In this document: one piece after another, positions 40,475-41,385 of the stretch
Position numbering within the stretch: position 1 is the stretch's first letter
How the letters are laid out: each line of letters starts with the position of its first letter
Virus record (IMG/VR): IMGVR_UViG_3300031951_000404
Source of the DNA: a virus
Strand: one strand, 5' to 3'
Length of the DNA: 41,385 bases
Program-made: the position numbers and the translations under genes
Notes under the pieces: model-generated
What the model saw: only the letters and a program-made list of their open reading frames with translations
What the model was told of the DNA's origin: nothing
The model's database searches: none

Positions 40475-40749
40475 CGCATACGGCTCCGCAACGATGTGTT
40501 GACCGTGCCGTTGCCGTAGCCGTAGCCGTAGCCGTAGCCGTAGCCGTAGCCGTCGCCGTAGCCGTAGCCGTCGCCGTAGCCGTAGCCGTAGCCGTAGCCG
40601 GAGCCGGAGCCGTTGCCGGAGCCGGAACCGGAGCCGGAGCCGGCGCCGTAGCCGTAGCCGGAGCCGGAGCCGTAGCCGTAGCCGTCGCCGGCGCCGTAGC
40701 CGGAGCCGTCGCCGGAGCCGTAGCCAATTGGCCTCATGGCGGGGGCCAT
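40471..40749 (-). CDS. Gly-Tyr-rich low-complexity protein, (Gly-X)36
   Basis: MAPAMRPIGYGSGDGSGYGAGDGYGYGSGSGYGYGAGSGSGSGSGNGSGSGYGYGYGYGDGYGYGDGYGYGYGYGYGYGNGTVNTSLRSRMR. Every repeat codon ends in C (GGC/TAC/TCC/GAC). TGATG coupling upstream and TTGA coupling downstream. Confidence 0.55.
   Translation of the reverse strand: MAPAMRPIGYGSGDGSGYGAGDGYGYGSGSGYGYGAGSGSGSGSGNGSGSGYGYGYGYGDGYGYGDGYGYGYGYGYGYGNGTVNTSLRSRMR
40507..40722. repeat. Hexanucleotide tandem repeat (GCCGNN)36
   Basis: Counted: 36 consecutive units (216 bp) of GCCGTA/GCCGGA/GCCGTC/GCCGGC/GCCGTT without a phase break. Confidence 0.95.
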
Positions 40750-41045
40750 CAAAGCCCCCACTCAGCAGATACAGGCACGCAAAAAACTTCCGCGCCTTCG
40801 GGAATGTCCACATCAGCAACCGGGCGCAGATCAGCCTTTGCCTTTTTCGGGTTGTCAATCATTCCGGCGAACCCGATGGATTCCCACTTGAACACATGCA
40901 GCGCGCGGGAAAGCCGGATGCGTCCGTTCTCACGGGTAACATCGCCTGCAAAAATCCAGCCACGGTCCACCACGACAACAGCGCGATTACCGCCCGCTTT
41001 GTTGATTGGAGCATATTCCACGCCGTCAATAATCACGTTTGCCAT
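40749..41045 (-). CDS. Hypothetical protein (98 aa)
   Basis: ORF in the leftward operon. No motif recognised. Confidence 0.6.
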   Translation of the reverse strand: MANVIIDGVEYAPINKAGGNRAVVVVDRGWIFAGDVTRENGRIRLSRALHVFKWESIGFAGMIDNPKKAKADLRPVADVDIPEGAEVFCVPVSAEWGL

Positions 41046-41046
41046 T

Positions 41047-41346
41047 TTACTTTCCTTTGTTCGGGTTGAATTTCATAATCGGCTCAACAAACTTGTATCC
41101 GGCATCGTCCCGCGCCAGCCATCCGCGCTCAACCAGCGCCGTGACGCGGGCGTGAATGTTGCCCTTGCCCGTCAGCATCAATTTCGCCAACTGGTGAAAG
41201 CTGACGGCAAAGGGCCGATCATGTGGGCGATGCTGAACTAGCCAATTGTAGACGTGCGCCTGTTCCGGCGTCATGCCGTAGCGGTCACGGTCTGCGGGCT
41301 TGCCCAACGGATAGCCGGGGCGTGTGGCAAGGGCTAGGGCGGTCAT
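41047..41346 (-). CDS. Winged-helix DNA-binding-like protein (99 aa)
   Basis: TPEQAHVYNWLV...SFHQLAKLM..GKGNIHARVTALVERGWL resembles a MarR/LexA-type wHTH. Its start lies in the terminal overlap and is ATGA-coupled to ORF 85-510 across the junction. Confidence 0.5.
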   Translation of the reverse strand: MTALALATRPGYPLGKPADRDRYGMTPEQAHVYNWLVQHRPHDRPFAVSFHQLAKLMLTGKGNIHARVTALVERGWLARDDAGYKFVEPIMKFNPNKGK

Positions 41347-41385
41347 GCTGCTTCCCTTTCTATTTCTGCGAGGGGGTCAAACCCG
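41259..41385. repeat. Terminal overlap copy 2, identical to 1-127
   Basis: Same 127-bp string as the window start. Confidence 0.95.

Noticed and set aside
40507-40722. Possible CRISPR-like or non-coding satellite array
   Set aside because: The period is 6 bp with no spacers, so it is not a CRISPR array. The perfect triplet phase and all-C third codon positions in one frame argue for coding sequence.
40359-40727. 122-aa Ala-Thr-Pro repeat frame (minus strand), and the 262-aa Val-Ala repeat ORF on the + strand (40453-41241)
   Set aside because: These are by-products of a repeat that is open in all frames. Neither has coupling or a ribosome-binding site. The + strand ORF is antisense to three supported genes.
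40106-40858. 250-aa ORF reading the hexamer array as an Arg-Leu repeat fused to the HNH domain
   Set aside because: The RL frame needs rare CTA/CGA codons and its ATG lies inside the upstream gene. The HNH domain has its own TTG start, coupled (TTGA) to the stop of the Gly-Tyr frame. This is not fully excluded; see the finding at 40471-40749.

Overview
The window is a complete, circularly closed tailed-phage genome. It has about 41,258 bp of unique sequence, and bases 1-127 are repeated exactly at 41259-41385.

Organisation: the early region is lambdoid. A divergent promoter/operator region (1923-2088) drives two operons.
- The leftward operon wraps across the contig ends. It carries an ERF annealase, a NinB-like protein, a winged-helix protein, a Gly-Tyr repeat protein, an HNH nuclease and a truncated integrase.
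- The rightward operon carries a Cro/YdaS-like HTH, an intrinsic terminator, RusA, a GcrA homologue, a replication organiser with internal iterons, a DpdA-like transglycosylase, a YhhQ-like transporter, a NusG-like NGN protein and a small NPPY DNA methyltransferase.

Late genes: these are all on the + strand. They include small and large terminase, portal, several fibre-like proteins, scaffold, an N4-gp56-type major capsid protein, adaptor/tail proteins, three large internal-virion-type proteins, a tail fibre, and a lysis cassette (T7-lysozyme-type amidase plus a 57-aa holin that is missing from the ORF track). I saw no tape measure, tube or sheath gene, which suggests a podovirus-like virion. 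The GcrA homologue and the roughly 60% GC I counted in hand samples suggest an alphaproteobacterial host.

Most interesting loci:
1. A four-enzyme glycan-building island directly behind the capsid genes (TPR-GT9-like, two methyltransferases, GT8-like).
2. Thirty-six uninterrupted GCCGNN hexamers that encode a (Gly-X)36, half-tyrosine protein coupled to an HNH nuclease, next to an integrase stump.
3. A minimal DpdA + YhhQ 7-deazaguanine 'import and insert' pair, plus two DNA methyltransferases.
4. An acr-aca-like small-gene/HTH cassette followed by a four-fold GGTGCGGGAG motif.
5. Several unexplained tandem repeats and translationally coupled micro-ORFs.

Limits: all functional calls rest on motif recognition by eye. 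No database search, alignment or RNA-folding program was run. I found no tRNA, CRISPR array or reverse transcriptase, and no CI-type (S24 peptidase) repressor.
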